DNA of 63,980 nt, filler included, from a bacterium (lineage in GTDB: Bacteria > JBBIVP01), in assembly GCA_037439705.1 (NCBI GenBank). It is 13 parts of 13 records of this genome, joined end to end, with 100 filler letters (N's around TTAATTAATTAA, not from the genome) between each part and the next. Parts side by side here need not be neighbours in the genome. Positions count along the whole stretch, not along the records: positions 61,137 to 63,980 come from JBBIVP010000211.1; 12 more parts are not named here. The stretch is one strand, 5' to 3'. Shown here piece by piece: positions 63,717 through 63,980 of this stretch. A program made the translations under genes and the position numbers. The notes below the pieces were generated by a model. The model did no database searches, was not told where the DNA came from, and saw only the letters and a list, made by a program, of their open reading frames with translations. Position 1 is the first letter of the stretch, and every line of letters begins with the position of its first letter.

Positions 63717-63874
63717 AAATGCAAAATGCAGAATGCAAATTGAAAAATGCAAGGGTTAGGGATTGGGAATTAGGCATAGGTAAAAATCAAAACAGGGTTA
63801 ATGCACTTTGGGGTGTCTACTTTTTAATTCCTAATTCCTGAATAATTACCCTTTTGCAATTTTTATTTTTTAAC
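63717..63874. repeat. Heptamer tandem repeats forming a long imperfect hairpin
   Basis: AAATGCA AAATGCA GAATGCA AATTGAA AAATGCA, then TAGGGAT TGGGAAT TAGGCAT; complementary TAATTCC TAATTCC...ACCCTTTTGCAATTTTT downstream. Confidence 0.65.
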
Positions 63875-63928
63875 TCAAATCTCCACCCCCTTTCCCCGTG
63901 GTAATAATGTCTATGTCCTATGCAGATT

Positions 63929-63980
63929 GGTCATTGGTTAAGAGATAGTATCCATTTGTATGAGAATTTATATTTTGTTT
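63929..63980 (+). repeat. Left end of a family B element; runs off the window
   Basis: Identical to 6555-6606. Confidence 0.8.

Overview
This window is not one contiguous locus. It is 13 short contig pieces joined by identical artificial 100-bp spacers (N44-TTAATTAATTAA-N44) at 5273-5372, 10590-10689, 15866-15965, 21140-21239, 26350-26449, 31532-31631, 36576-36675, 41544-41643, 46511-46610, 51457-51556, 56272-56371 and 61037-61136. The complete pieces fall steadily in length from 5217 to 4665 bp, as expected for a length-sorted fragmented MAG/SAG, so gene neighbourhoods mean something only within a piece. The DNA is AT-rich and comes from a diderm bacterium (lnt, SurA-like chaperone); gene content suggests a Deltaproteobacteria-like lineage (inference). 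Most genes are housekeeping: metG, pheST, gatB, acn-icd-mdh, nuoABC, accD-folC, rpoZ-rel, hisAF, pdxA, glnE, rtcB, hypF. The best candidates for a second look are: (1) a contig with an Mre11/SbcD nuclease and a membrane-anchored Rad50/YhaN-like ATPase directly upstream of cas6 and cas8b1 (type I-B), preceded by a duplicated dif-like site; the ATPase gene has an ACG start and a -1 shift at A-AAA-AAA; (2) two in-frame fusions, PSP1/RicT-MetRS and TIM-barrel-AmgK; (3) three small dispersed repeat or MITE-like families, one of which cuts an asnB gene; (4) many apparently leaderless genes; (5) a heptamer-repeat hairpin. No CRISPR array, rRNA or tRNA was recognised. Several single-base lesions could be consensus errors and need read-level checking.
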